From an uncultured Flavobacteriales bacterium (lineage in GTDB: Bacteria; Bacteroidota; Bacteroidia; Flavobacteriales_D; Crocinitomicaceae): a stretch of DNA of 64,000 nucleotides. The notes below the pieces were generated by a model. It saw only the letters and a program-made list of their open reading frames with translations. It searched no databases and had not been told where the DNA came from. This document shows, piece by piece, positions 47,327 to 56,716 of this stretch. The stretch's first letter is position 1, and the number at the start of each line of letters is the position of its first letter. The translations under genes and the position numbers were made by a program. The stretch spans positions 99 through 64,098 of the forward strand of contig CAJXMN010000007.1 in NCBI GenBank assembly GCA_913056215.1, in the 5' to 3' direction.

Positions 47327-48114
47327 GGTAGTTTTTTCAACATTCGTTGGTATCGGGATTCAAAATTTGACTCGCCGGTACAGCCCAGTTTTGTTTTTTC
47401 ATTATAAAAGAACTCGATTCTATTTTCAGGGCTAGGGTGTGTGCTCAAAAATTCGGGAACATTTCCACCACCGTCGGCTTGAATTTTCTCGAAGAATTTT
47501 GCTCCTCCAGCAGCGTCGTAAGCTGTAGGACACAAATAAGTGACGGATGCTTTATCGGCTTCGGTTTCATGATTTCTGGAAAACTTCAAACTAATTACAC
47601 TCGTTGTTATTTGCTTAATCATATCGCGATCTCCAGCAATCACACCAATTAATGTTTGTACACCGTAAATCTTAGTCATTTGACGTGTTGAGTGTCGCCG
47701 ATCTGCATGTCCGATTTCGTGGGCCAGGACTCCTGCCAACTGTTCTTCAGAATCGAGATACTTCATTAAGCCCGTATAAACGTAAATATATCCTCCTGGC
47801 GTACAAAAGGCATTTTTTGTTTCGTCGTCATGAATAATTCGAAGTCTCCATAAAAAATCATCGCGGTGTTCGACCTTACCACTGGTAAGAATGCGATTGC
47901 GTATATCATAAAGGTAATTGTAGACATCTGCGTTTGCTGTACTGTCCAAAACAGGGTACTCTTCAGGGTTGTTATCTATTTCCTGAGCCACCTGAGCACC
48001 CAGTTCTCGATCTTGTTCAATGGTGAAAAGGTTGAGGTCGGGCATGTTTCCTTTAGATGCTCCACAAGATGCGAGTAAAGAAAGAACAATAAAACCTGTT
48101 AAAATTTTTCTCAT
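47323..48114 (-). CDS. M48-family zinc metallopeptidase lipoprotein
   Basis: MRKILTGFIVLSLLASCGAS (lipobox) and LAGVLAHEIGHADRRH (HExxH). Confidence 0.85.
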   Translation of the reverse strand: MRKILTGFIVLSLLASCGASKGNMPDLNLFTIEQDRELGAQVAQEIDNNPEEYPVLDSTANADVYNYLYDIRNRILTSGKVEHRDDFLWRLRIIHDDETKNAFCTPGGYIYVYTGLMKYLDSEEQLAGVLAHEIGHADRRHSTRQMTKIYGVQTLIGVIAGDRDMIKQITTSVISLKFSRNHETEADKASVTYLCPTAYDAAGGAKFFEKIQADGGGNVPEFLSTHPSPENRIEFFYNEKTKLGCTGESNFESRYQRMLKKLP

Positions 48115-48770
48115 GATGTGATTATTTGATAGACAAAAATAACAATAAATTGAATTATAAAACCAAGGAGGTAGCCGTAACCAATTTCTTTCAATGTGTG
48201 GTGTTTCAAGTACAATCGGGCGGTCATTGTCAAGCCTCCAGCCAGAAAAACGAGAATCAAGGTGAGCAGTGAATAAGATTCCATGGAGAGAAAATAAGTA
48301 TATACAAACCCAGCTAACGCACCCATTCCAATAGCATGTAGACTAATTTTTATGTATTTATTAATGTGGTAAGCGATAAAACTGGTCATACCGCCAGCTA
48401 ACGCCATCCCTTTAATGGTTGCAGGAATTATCTCTGCATTGGATTGAAAGAGAAGAAAGCCATATAAAACAAGAAAGTAGAAGGCCATTACACTGATTGG
48501 CGTAGCACGTTCTTCACGGTGTTCCATGACAAAAGAAGAAATGGTTCGGTTGTAGCGTAAAACAACAAAAGATAATCCTGGAGCGAGGACCAGAAATACC
48601 GTAAAAAGGAGTAAAAATAACCATTTAATTTCTATTGGGTAAGCATACAACGTATCTAGAAGGAAAGACGATGAAGGCACGGTAGGAATAAACAAAACGA
48701 TGAGTAATCCATAAATTGGAGTAAATAATGGGAGAAAGCCCCAGGAAAAAAATCGCGCAACCACCTGCAT
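48111..48770 (-). CDS. Integral membrane protein of unknown function
   Basis: 219 aa, about seven hydrophobic segments. Start overlaps the rpoN stop by 1 nt. No motif recognised. Confidence 0.55.
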   Translation of the reverse strand: MQVVARFFSWGFLPLFTPIYGLLIVLFIPTVPSSSFLLDTLYAYPIEIKWLFLLLFTVFLVLAPGLSFVVLRYNRTISSFVMEHREERATPISVMAFYFLVLYGFLLFQSNAEIIPATIKGMALAGGMTSFIAYHINKYIKISLHAIGMGALAGFVYTYFLSMESYSLLTLILVFLAGGLTMTARLYLKHHTLKEIGYGYLLGFIIQFIVIFVYQIITS

Positions 48771-50215
48771 TAGAGTTCTTTTCTTAAACGTGCCACTGGA
48801 ATATTCAGTTGCTCACGATATTTAGCAACGGTTCTTCTTGCAATATTAAACCCTTTATCTTTTAACAATTGGGCGAGCTTTTCGTCTGTTAATGGTTTGC
48901 GTTTTTCTTCATCTTCAATCGCTTCTGTGAGGATTTGCTTCACTTTTCGGGTAGAAACCTCTTCACCAGAATCTGTTGATAGTGACTCAGAGAAGAAATG
49001 TTTCAATGAAAACGTACCATATTGAGTTTGAACGTACTTAGAATTGGCCACGCGCGAAATTGTCGAAATATCAAGATCAACGATTTCCGCAATATCTTTC
49101 AAGATCATTGGCTTAAGCGTGGTATCATCTCCCGTTAGAAAATATTCTCTCTGGTAATTCATAATTGCCGTCATTGTGCTAAGCAACGTGTTTTGCCTTT
49201 GAAGGATGGCGTCAATAAACCACCTTGCAGACTCAAGCTTTTGCTTAACAAATGTCATGGCTTCTTTGTCCTTTTTCTGGAGCTTGGCACCTTCCGAATA
49301 ATTGCGCAACATTTTTTCGTATCCCTTACTTACCTTAAGTTCTGGGGCATTTCTACCATTGAGGGAGAGTTGCAGTTCACCCTCCACTTCAGTTACCTGA
49401 AAATCAGGAACGATTTGTTGGAGCGATTTCGATGATTCACGCATTGAACCACCTGGTTTGGGATTGAGCCGGACAATTTCGTCTATGGCCTCGCGGAGAT
49501 CATCTTCGGAAATCTCCATTTTCTGGATAATCTTTTTGTAGTGTTTCTTGGTAAACGATTCAAAATGATCTTGAAGAATTTTGAGTGCCGTGTAACGTGT
49601 AATATCACCATCTAATTTTCTATCCATTTGAAGAATAAGGCATTCGCGAAGATTGCGAGCGCCAATTCCTGGAGGATCCAGTTTTTGAACATATTCAAGG
49701 ACCTCCTCGAGTTCTTCTTCAGTGGTCATGACGTTTTGTGAGAACGCCAAATCATCGACGATAGCTTCTAATTCTCGTTCTATATACCCCGCATCATCGA
49801 GATTGCCAATTAGAAAAGTGGCTATGAGCGCTTCCTTCTCTGTAAGTTGCTGCAAATTGAGCTGATTGAGTAAGCGCTCCTGAAACGATTTTCCTGAACT
49901 TAAAGGAATAGCTTTTTCATCTTCGTCTTTGCCTTTATTTGAGACTGATGTTTTATAGGTCGGTTCATCATCACCAATGTATTCGTCGATATCGAAATCA
50001 CGTTCTTCATCCGCACGCTCTTCCTCGTATTCTTCTTGCTCGAATTCATCCTCGATTTCTTCTTTGCCTTCTTCGAGTGCTGGATTTTCTTCAATTTCCT
50101 GTTTAATACGCTGATCGAGCTCCATTGTAGGCACCTGCAACAATTTCATTAGTTGAATCTGCTGAGGGGAGAGCTTTTGCTCCAGTTTCTGCGATAATGA
50201 TTGTTTCAGTGCCAT
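48770..50215 (-). CDS. rpoN: RNA polymerase sigma-54 factor
   Basis: N-terminal LSPQQIQLMKLLQVPTMEL, an acidic region, and the C-terminal RpoN box ARRTVAKYREQLNIP. Confidence 0.95.
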   Translation of the reverse strand: MALKQSLSQKLEQKLSPQQIQLMKLLQVPTMELDQRIKQEIEENPALEEGKEEIEDEFEQEEYEEERADEERDFDIDEYIGDDEPTYKTSVSNKGKDEDEKAIPLSSGKSFQERLLNQLNLQQLTEKEALIATFLIGNLDDAGYIERELEAIVDDLAFSQNVMTTEEELEEVLEYVQKLDPPGIGARNLRECLILQMDRKLDGDITRYTALKILQDHFESFTKKHYKKIIQKMEISEDDLREAIDEIVRLNPKPGGSMRESSKSLQQIVPDFQVTEVEGELQLSLNGRNAPELKVSKGYEKMLRNYSEGAKLQKKDKEAMTFVKQKLESARWFIDAILQRQNTLLSTMTAIMNYQREYFLTGDDTTLKPMILKDIAEIVDLDISTISRVANSKYVQTQYGTFSLKHFFSESLSTDSGEEVSTRKVKQILTEAIEDEEKRKPLTDEKLAQLLKDKGFNIARRTVAKYREQLNIPVARLRKEL

Positions 50216-50276
50216 ATTATTAAACGCTTGTTTCTCGTATTAAGATAATGCTTTTTTATGAATGTCGTTAATATAA

Positions 50277-51716
50277 TTAAAATTCTGCATTCAAAGGAGT
50301 CCGTGGAAAGGGGATCACGTCCCGAATATTGGTCATTCCTGTTGCAAACATGACCATGCGTTCAAATCCCAGGCCAAAACCTGCATGGGGTACTGTTCCA
50401 AACTTGCGCGTGTCTAAATACCACCAGATTTCCTTCTCATCAACAGAAAAATCGGCACATTTTCGTTTCAAGACATCCATACGTTCTTCCCGCTGTGAAC
50501 CTCCTACAATTTCACCAATACCCGGGAATAAAACATCCATTGCGGCAACGGTTTCGTCATCTTCATTTTGACGCATGTAAAAAGCCTTAAAGGACGCAGG
50601 GTAATCGGTAATAATCACTGGTCGCTTAAATTCTTTCTCCACTAAATAGCGTTCGTGTTCCGATTGTAGATCTTTGCCCCAGGCCACATCGTATTTAAAT
50701 TTTTTCTTTTTGTATGGTTTGGAGCGTTGAAGTACCTCGATGGCTTCAGTATAAGTAATGCGCTTAAAATCATTATTGGCTACAAATTCCAGGCGCTCCT
50801 TTAATCGCATAGAATCACGTTCTTTGGCTGGCTTTTGCTGTTGTTCCTTGTTGTCCCGATCATCCAGAAAAGCTAAGTCATCAGGATAGTTGTTCAAAAC
50901 GAAAGAGCACAAGTATTTGAGGAATGACTCCGCTAAATCCATATTTTCGTCGTTGTCACTGAAGGCTACTTCAGGTTCGATCATCCAGAATTCAGCAAGA
51001 TGACGAGAGGTATTGGAATTTTCAGCTCTGAATGTAGGTCCAAAAGTATAGACTTGTCCCAGCGCTAATGCTCCGAGTTCCGCTTCAAGTTGTCCGGAAA
51101 CAGTTAGATTCACCGGCTTCCCAAAAAAGTCAGATGAAAAGTCAATTTCGCCCTCGGGATTTTTGGGGATATTATTGAGATCAAAGTTGGTGACGCGAAA
51201 CATTTCTCCAGCTCCCTCTGCATCTGAACCAGTGATGATAGGGGTATGCAAATTGTAAAATCCTTTTTCGTGAAAAAAGTGATGGATAGCATACGAAAGC
51301 CCGTGACGGATACGAAAAACGGCCCCGAACGTATTCGTTCTGAATCGAAGATGTGCCTGTTCACGCAGGAAATCAAGTTTGTGCTTTTTAGGCTGCATCA
51401 CTGTTTTTTGGACTTCCTCAGGAGCTGCATCACCAATGATCTCAATAGATTCAACTTGTATTTCGTGGGATTGTCCCTTTCCTTCAGATGCTACGAGCGT
51501 ACCTGTAACACCGATTGCCGCGCCTGTAGTCACGCGCTTGAGCATTGCTTCTTCGAAATCTTCGTAATCGAGAACAGCTTGCAATGTATGTATGGTTGAA
51601 CCGTCATTAATCTGGATAAATCGCTTACTTCTAAAAGCGCGTACCCAGCCCTGTATTAAAACTTTTGATCCTTCTTCTGGATGTGCTAATATTTCACTGA
51701 TTTTCGTGCGTTTCAT
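50277..51716 (-). CDS. asnS: Asparagine--tRNA ligase
   Basis: Class II motifs FRAENSNTSRHLAEFWMIEPE and GFGLGFERMVMF. The start at ATG 51716 (MKRTKISEIL) is supported by a TATTTTTG -7-like box about 20 nt upstream. The 56-codon 5' extension in the ORF track is probably spurious. Confidence 0.93.
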   Translation of the reverse strand: MKRTKISEILAHPEEGSKVLIQGWVRAFRSKRFIQINDGSTIHTLQAVLDYEDFEEAMLKRVTTGAAIGVTGTLVASEGKGQSHEIQVESIEIIGDAAPEEVQKTVMQPKKHKLDFLREQAHLRFRTNTFGAVFRIRHGLSYAIHHFFHEKGFYNLHTPIITGSDAEGAGEMFRVTNFDLNNIPKNPEGEIDFSSDFFGKPVNLTVSGQLEAELGALALGQVYTFGPTFRAENSNTSRHLAEFWMIEPEVAFSDNDENMDLAESFLKYLCSFVLNNYPDDLAFLDDRDNKEQQQKPAKERDSMRLKERLEFVANNDFKRITYTEAIEVLQRSKPYKKKKFKYDVAWGKDLQSEHERYLVEKEFKRPVIITDYPASFKAFYMRQNEDDETVAAMDVLFPGIGEIVGGSQREERMDVLKRKCADFSVDEKEIWWYLDTRKFGTVPHAGFGLGFERMVMFATGMTNIRDVIPFPRTPLNAEF

Positions 51717-51736
51717 GTGCCTTTTTTTGATCTCTG

Positions 51737-51744
51737 CAAAAATA
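51737..51744 (-). promoter_or_regulatory. Candidate -7 box (TATTTTTG) for asnS
   Basis: The minus strand reads TATTTTTG, ending 20 nt upstream of the ATG at 51716. It lies inside the tracked 5' extension of the ORF. Confidence 0.4.
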
Positions 51745-52019
51745 GAAAGAATCAGCACATACGAATAGCTCGCTGTCCACTTTTCCAGTGTTACGTCGCG
51801 AGCCACATAGCATGAACCGTTTCCATTCATTTTTTGAGTGTTTTTGTGTACATCTGAAACGCTGCAACAGAATTTTTTAAGCAATGGCAGTTATTTTCCA
51901 TAGCTCAGGCTGATTTAAATCCTAACAAGTGTGTGATTCATGCTTAACTACTTCTGAATGAACGCGAGCACTTTAATGTTGGGAACGAATTCGTATCGAA
52001 TACTATTTGCTAGTTATTT

Positions 52020-53780
52020 ATGATTGATGCGCTTGCATACCTCACCTCATCAGTCCTTCCACCCTTAAAGAATATATTTTTATCTTTAGCTCACAACATT
52101 GAATTTATGCCAGAAAATAAAAGAACAAAAGCTCAGGAAGCCACGCAGGCTATCGAACGAATTTATATTACGATGAGGCACTTGTTTAATAGAGGGTTTT
52201 ACAAGCCGATGGGTGTGTCGGGAACAACGCTTCGAGAAGGATTACTCGAATTGCAACCTGAAATATACGGTTCGATTGCCGAGGAAAAAGTGGAGTTGAA
52301 CGGGCTCATCTACGTTCTGGATCGCTTGCCTGCAGGAATCGAAGAGTGCAGCGCCATCAACTTAACTGGGGATGAAGGATATCGATTGTCAAAAATACCC
52401 CCTATTATTCCACCAAAGCGTCGACGCAATTGTTATCGGGTTGATGACCATCAGATGAATATAGAAATCACGCGCGGACGATCGGATATATACGATGTTT
52501 TGACGCACCTGACATTCTTGTTTATTGAATCCCACAAAATTGCACAAAGAGCAGTTATTGATGATGATGGTAAGCTTACTCGGGAATGGCAAATCCTGGA
52601 GGAAACTGCGCTCAAGAAAAAGGTAAGCAACAAAGAATTGGAGATTGCTTTTGTTCACACGGCTAACATTTTAGGGCGCACTTTTGAAGAAGTGCTGGTT
52701 ATCCACAGGATGCTCGATAAAGATAACCCTTCCCGATTATTGCGCGTCATCTATTGGCTTGGACGACTTGCGATCGATGAATTGTTAGATGAAAATAAAC
52801 GCATGATTATGTTTAGTCCTGTTTTGCGCGAGCGATTAGGGCATCATATTCACGGTGACCGCTGGGCCAATAACATCAAAAGCTTGTTAGAGCAACATGG
52901 ACTAATTGATCGATCTATTCATATCATAAGTGCTAACATGCACAGCGTGATGAATTTTCTCTATGCGAAACAAACGCTCAAAGGTAAGTCAAAGTCAACC
53001 GGGAAAAAAGATGTTTTTGAAATGCTCAGTCAACCTGATAATGAAAAGCAGCGAGAACAGATTTTATCGCTAGCGGAGAAAATGGGTATGATATATTACA
53101 AGGATACATCGGGCACAAATATTGACGTTCAGTTGTTTGATTTGTCTAAAATAGATCTATCATCTAGCTTCTTGCCGGGTGATTCGAGTAACGATGTACT
53201 CATCGTTATGGATTATGCTTTTGGTGAACAGGCTTATGAGACTATGGATGAATTGCTCAAACCATTCAAGAAAGCGAAGGATGGTCCGCGAAAAATCGAC
53301 GTGAAATCGGTGTCGATTATGGGGAAGGCAGGTATCTTGAATGGGATTAAAGGGGATGTAATGATTCCTTCGGCTCACATTTTTGAAGGAACAGCGGATA
53401 ATTACCCGTTCGACAATATATTGCAAAAATCAGATTTTGAGGGAGAAGGGTTGTCTGTCTATGAAGGTCCCATGATTACCGTTTTGGGAACTTCTTTGCA
53501 AAATAAGGAAATGTTGAGGTATTTTAAAAAGTCAACATGGAATGTTATAGGCTTGGAGATGGAAGGAGCTCATTATCAAAAAGCGATTCAGGCTGCATCC
53601 AAAATTCGGAACAGCATTGGAAAAGATGTCCGCATCGCTTACGCTTATTACGCTTCAGATAACCCGCTTGAAACTGGGAGTACGCTGGCTTCAGGAGGAC
53701 TTGGTTTGACGGGTGTTAAACCAACTTATTTGATAACGGAGAAGATTTTGATGCAAATCGTTGGTAAGAAAGAGAGCTGA
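52020..53780 (+). CDS. Two-domain protein: unknown N-terminal region of about 390 aa fused to a nucleoside phosphorylase/MTA-SAH nucleosidase-fold (PNP_UDP_1-like) C-terminal domain
   Basis: C-terminal domain (about nt 53196-53777): VSIMGKAGILNGIKGDVMIPS, IGLEMEGAHYQKAI and AYYASDNPLETG. These align by eye with E. coli MtnN blocks TGSAGGL..VGDIVVS, VEMEATA and RAISDVA. The start may instead be ATG 52107 (MPENKRTK). Confidence 0.65.
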   Translation: MIDALAYLTSSVLPPLKNIFLSLAHNIEFMPENKRTKAQEATQAIERIYITMRHLFNRGFYKPMGVSGTTLREGLLELQPEIYGSIAEEKVELNGLIYVLDRLPAGIEECSAINLTGDEGYRLSKIPPIIPPKRRRNCYRVDDHQMNIEITRGRSDIYDVLTHLTFLFIESHKIAQRAVIDDDGKLTREWQILEETALKKKVSNKELEIAFVHTANILGRTFEEVLVIHRMLDKDNPSRLLRVIYWLGRLAIDELLDENKRMIMFSPVLRERLGHHIHGDRWANNIKSLLEQHGLIDRSIHIISANMHSVMNFLYAKQTLKGKSKSTGKKDVFEMLSQPDNEKQREQILSLAEKMGMIYYKDTSGTNIDVQLFDLSKIDLSSSFLPGDSSNDVLIVMDYAFGEQAYETMDELLKPFKKAKDGPRKIDVKSVSIMGKAGILNGIKGDVMIPSAHIFEGTADNYPFDNILQKSDFEGEGLSVYEGPMITVLGTSLQNKEMLRYFKKSTWNVIGLEMEGAHYQKAIQAASKIRNSIGKDVRIAYAYYASDNPLETGSTLASGGLGLTGVKPTYLITEKILMQIVGKKES

Positions 53781-53857
53781 CGTCGTGGATTACCTCTTTA
53801 TATATGTAATCTGATATACAGTTCTTTCATCTCATAGTAGGTGTAAATACATCTCCT

Positions 53858-53889
53858 TTTGATTATCCTGAATGAATTCGTTACTTTTG
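53858..53889 (+). promoter_or_regulatory. Candidate Bacteroidota sigma-A promoter of ahcY (TTTG-N20-TACTTTTG)
   Basis: TTTG at 53858-53861 and TACTTTTG at 53882-53889, 29 nt upstream of the ATG at 53919. Confidence 0.5.
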
Positions 53890-53918
53890 TATAGTATTTT
53901 TAGAAAAAAATAAAATCG

Positions 53919-55229
53919 ATGAGTGAAACACAAGAAAAATTAAATTACAAGGTAAAAGATATAAGCCTTGCTGATTGGGGAAGAAAAGAAATACGACTGG
54001 CCGAAGCAGAAATGCCAGGTTTAATGTCGTTGAGAGAAGAGTATGGTAAAGAAAAACCACTGAAAGGTGCTAGAATTGCAGGATGTTTGCACATGACTAT
54101 CCAAACGGCGGTATTAATTGAAACACTGGTAGAACTTGGAGCTGACGTAACATGGTCGTCATGTAACATTTTTTCAACGCAGGATCATGCAGCAGCGGCT
54201 ATCGCGGCAGCGGGGGTTCCTGTTTTTGCCTGGAAGGGCATGAACGAGGAAGAATTTGATTGGTGTATTGAACAAACACTGCACGCTTTTGAAGGTGGTC
54301 AGTCTTTGAATATGATCTTGGACGATGGTGGTGATTTGACCAACATGGTTTTTGATAAGTACCCTGAATTGGCAAAAGAAATTAAAGGTCTTTCAGAAGA
54401 AACAACAACTGGTGTACACCGTTTGTATGAACGTATGAAGAATGGTACGCTAGTAATGCCAGCTATTAATGTAAACGATTCTGTCACAAAATCAAAGTTT
54501 GACAATAAATACGGATGTAAAGAGTCTCTGGTAGATGCGATTCGCCGTTCCACGGATACAATGATGGCTGGTAAAGTAGCTGTTGTTTGTGGTTATGGAG
54601 ACGTTGGTAAAGGTTCTGCAGCTTCTTTGCGAGGTGCGGGAGCTCGAGTTATTGTTACAGAAATAGATCCAATTTGTGCCCTTCAAGCGGCAATGGACGG
54701 TTTTGAAGTGAAGCAGCTAGACACTGTAGTGGATCGTGTGGATATCGTCGTGACAACAACAGGGAATAAAGATATCGTTGTTGGCCGTCACTTTGAAGCG
54801 ATGAAGGACAAGACGATCGTGTGTAATATTGGACATTTCGATAACGAGATTGATGTAGCTTGGTTAAATTCAAACGCACAGAATAAATCAGAAATTAAAC
54901 CTCAGGTTGATCTTTACGAACTTGGAGGAAAAGAAATTATTCTTTTGGCCGAGGGTCGATTAGTGAACTTAGGATGTGCAACTGGGCATCCATCTTTTGT
55001 GATGTCGAATTCTTTTGCTAACCAAACGCTCGCACAAATGGAGCTTTGGAACAATAGCGATAAGTATGAAAACAAAGTTTATATGCTTCCTAAGCACCTT
55101 GATGAGAAGGTAGCAGAACTTCACCTTTCGAAAATTGGAGTGGAATTAGAATCACTTTCTAAAGATCAAGCGGATTATATTGGAGTAGATGTTAAAGGGC
55201 CTTTCAAGCCTGAACACTATCGCTATTAG
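53919..55229 (+). CDS. ahcY: Adenosylhomocysteinase (S-adenosyl-L-homocysteine hydrolase)
   Basis: [63 protein letters not shown] and IGHFDNEID. Confidence 0.97.
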   Translation: MSETQEKLNYKVKDISLADWGRKEIRLAEAEMPGLMSLREEYGKEKPLKGARIAGCLHMTIQTAVLIETLVELGADVTWSSCNIFSTQDHAAAAIAAAGVPVFAWKGMNEEEFDWCIEQTLHAFEGGQSLNMILDDGGDLTNMVFDKYPELAKEIKGLSEETTTGVHRLYERMKNGTLVMPAINVNDSVTKSKFDNKYGCKESLVDAIRRSTDTMMAGKVAVVCGYGDVGKGSAASLRGAGARVIVTEIDPICALQAAMDGFEVKQLDTVVDRVDIVVTTTGNKDIVVGRHFEAMKDKTIVCNIGHFDNEIDVAWLNSNAQNKSEIKPQVDLYELGGKEIILLAEGRLVNLGCATGHPSFVMSNSFANQTLAQMELWNNSDKYENKVYMLPKHLDEKVAELHLSKIGVELESLSKDQADYIGVDVKGPFKPEHYRY

Positions 55230-55262
55230 TGGTTGATTAGACACTATTTTATTTAAGCAAAA

Positions 55263-55292
55263 AGTTGCTCGAGAGGGTGGCTTTTTGTTTTT
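55263..55292 (+). terminator. Probable rho-independent terminator of ahcY
   Basis: AGUUGCUC GAGA GGGUGGCU (8-bp stem, four of them G-U pairs) followed by UUUUGUUUUU. Confidence 0.45.
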
Positions 55293-55383
55293 ATGCTGTC
55301 TAAGCATATCAAAGATCATTTTATTCTCCTTATGTTTAATTTTATTGTTACATTTATTGGGTAATTAAAGTAAACTAGCACAC

Positions 55384-56073
55384 ATGAGATTGATTGTTTT
55401 CATTTTATCGCTTTGTTTTTCAAATGGTGTTATCTTTGCTCAAGAAGAAGCAGAGGTCGTGCCGCCAGTGAAAAATCAAGACTTTGTACTTGATTTGTAC
55501 ATCGGTTATCCGAATTGGGGGACTTATAATTTTGATAGCTATATTACAGAAATAACGAATTCGAGGCCATCAACTGTACAGGGAATTGTCCCTGTTGGGT
55601 TAAAGGCAGAGTTTATGCTATCAGATGAAATTAGTTTTACTCTGGATGGTTCTTACTCCGAATGGGGAGGAGAATGGGATTATGAACAAAATACAGTAGA
55701 TGGCAACAATAACCCTGTTATTAACACTTATGAGAACAACTTCAAAGCATCGCGTTTTATGTTTCAGATTGGTGCGAATTATCACCTCCCGGATCTTGGA
55801 AGGGATGATTTAGATATGTACATGGGGTTTGGTATTGGAACAAATAATATCAATACATCAGGAGATGTTGAACAACCTGGTTTTGACGCCAAAAGCCAAA
55901 TGTACTTTTTAAATAATGGTTTTTTTGCTACCTCAGCAACGTTGGTAAATAGTCCAATATCTGCTCGATTCAGATTGGGTGGCCGTTATTTCTTCAATGA
56001 GAACTTAGGTGTAAACGTTGAAGTAGGGACGGGAGTACGTACCATTGCGTTTGGCCTTGCTTATAAACTTTAA
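55384..56073 (+). CDS. Outer-membrane beta-barrel protein (tandem paralogue 1)
   Basis: Signal MRLIVFILSLCFSNGVIFAQ. YPNWG, GLKAEFMLSDEISFTLDGSYSEWG, GANYHLPDLGRDDLDMYMGFGIG and RFRLGGRYFFNENLGVNVEVGTG. Confidence 0.65.
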   Translation: MRLIVFILSLCFSNGVIFAQEEAEVVPPVKNQDFVLDLYIGYPNWGTYNFDSYITEITNSRPSTVQGIVPVGLKAEFMLSDEISFTLDGSYSEWGGEWDYEQNTVDGNNNPVINTYENNFKASRFMFQIGANYHLPDLGRDDLDMYMGFGIGTNNINTSGDVEQPGFDAKSQMYFLNNGFFATSATLVNSPISARFRLGGRYFFNENLGVNVEVGTGVRTIAFGLAYKL

Positions 56074-56087
56074 TATTTAATTTGAAA

Positions 56088-56702
56088 ATGATGAAGCACC
56101 TTTTTACTTTATTGATCACAGTATTATTTTTTCTATCTCCAGTTCATGAATCTAAAGCTCAGACGACGCTCAATGAAGAGGATTTTCTAATTACTGGGTT
56201 TAGTTCTTATCCCAACTGGGGCAAGTTTTTTATCGAACAGTACCTGGAGGGTACTAACGCCTCTGAAATCTCTCTCGGCGGATTGCCACCATCTGGGTTA
56301 AAGCTGGAATATATGCTTTCCAATCAATTCGGATTTACATTGGACGGTATTTACAATTCATGGAATGCTTCTTGGATACAAAACACCTATAATTATGATT
56401 TAAATGTAACTCGTCTGCGAATTCAATTAGGGTTTAATTATCATATTCCTGATCATGGAGCCGAAAATCTAGACCTGTATGGAGGTTTTGCTTTGGGTTC
56501 TAATTCTAGCACTCGATCGTTTGATACAGATGCACCGAATTCTATGGTGGAGAATTTTATTAATAACCCATTTGTCAATATACCTATTTCATCACGCTTC
56601 AGAATTGGAGCAACTTATTTTCTCAAACAAAATTTTGGTTTAAATGTTGAGCTCGCAACGGGTGGTCCGATGATCGGTATGGGTGTTGTGATTCGTCCAT
56701 AG
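56088..56702 (+). CDS. Outer-membrane beta-barrel protein (tandem paralogue 2)
   Basis: Signal MMKHLFTLLITVLFFLSPVHESKAQ. YPNWG, GLKLEYMLSNQFGFTLDGIYNSWN, GFNYHIPDHGAENLDLYGGFALG and RFRIGATYFLKQNFGLNVELATG. Confidence 0.65.
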   Translation: MMKHLFTLLITVLFFLSPVHESKAQTTLNEEDFLITGFSSYPNWGKFFIEQYLEGTNASEISLGGLPPSGLKLEYMLSNQFGFTLDGIYNSWNASWIQNTYNYDLNVTRLRIQLGFNYHIPDHGAENLDLYGGFALGSNSSTRSFDTDAPNSMVENFINNPFVNIPISSRFRIGATYFLKQNFGLNVELATGGPMIGMGVVIRP

Positions 56703-56716
56703 TATTGGTGAATGGA

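Noticed and set aside
51717-51884. 56-codon N-terminal extension of asnS in the ORF track. Similar extensions occur at 46561-46620, 12157-12225 and 10988-11008.
   Set aside because: The extensions encode Cys-rich or odd peptides that precede an obvious canonical N-terminus or signal peptide. For asnS, a TAnnTTTG box lies inside the extension. Internal ATGs are preferred.
53781-53918. Possible SAH riboswitch upstream of ahcY
   Set aside because: The 138-nt leader is AT-rich and has no GC-rich pseudoknot-like pairing that I can find. It is better explained by a TTTG-N20-TACTTTTG promoter 29 nt before the ATG.
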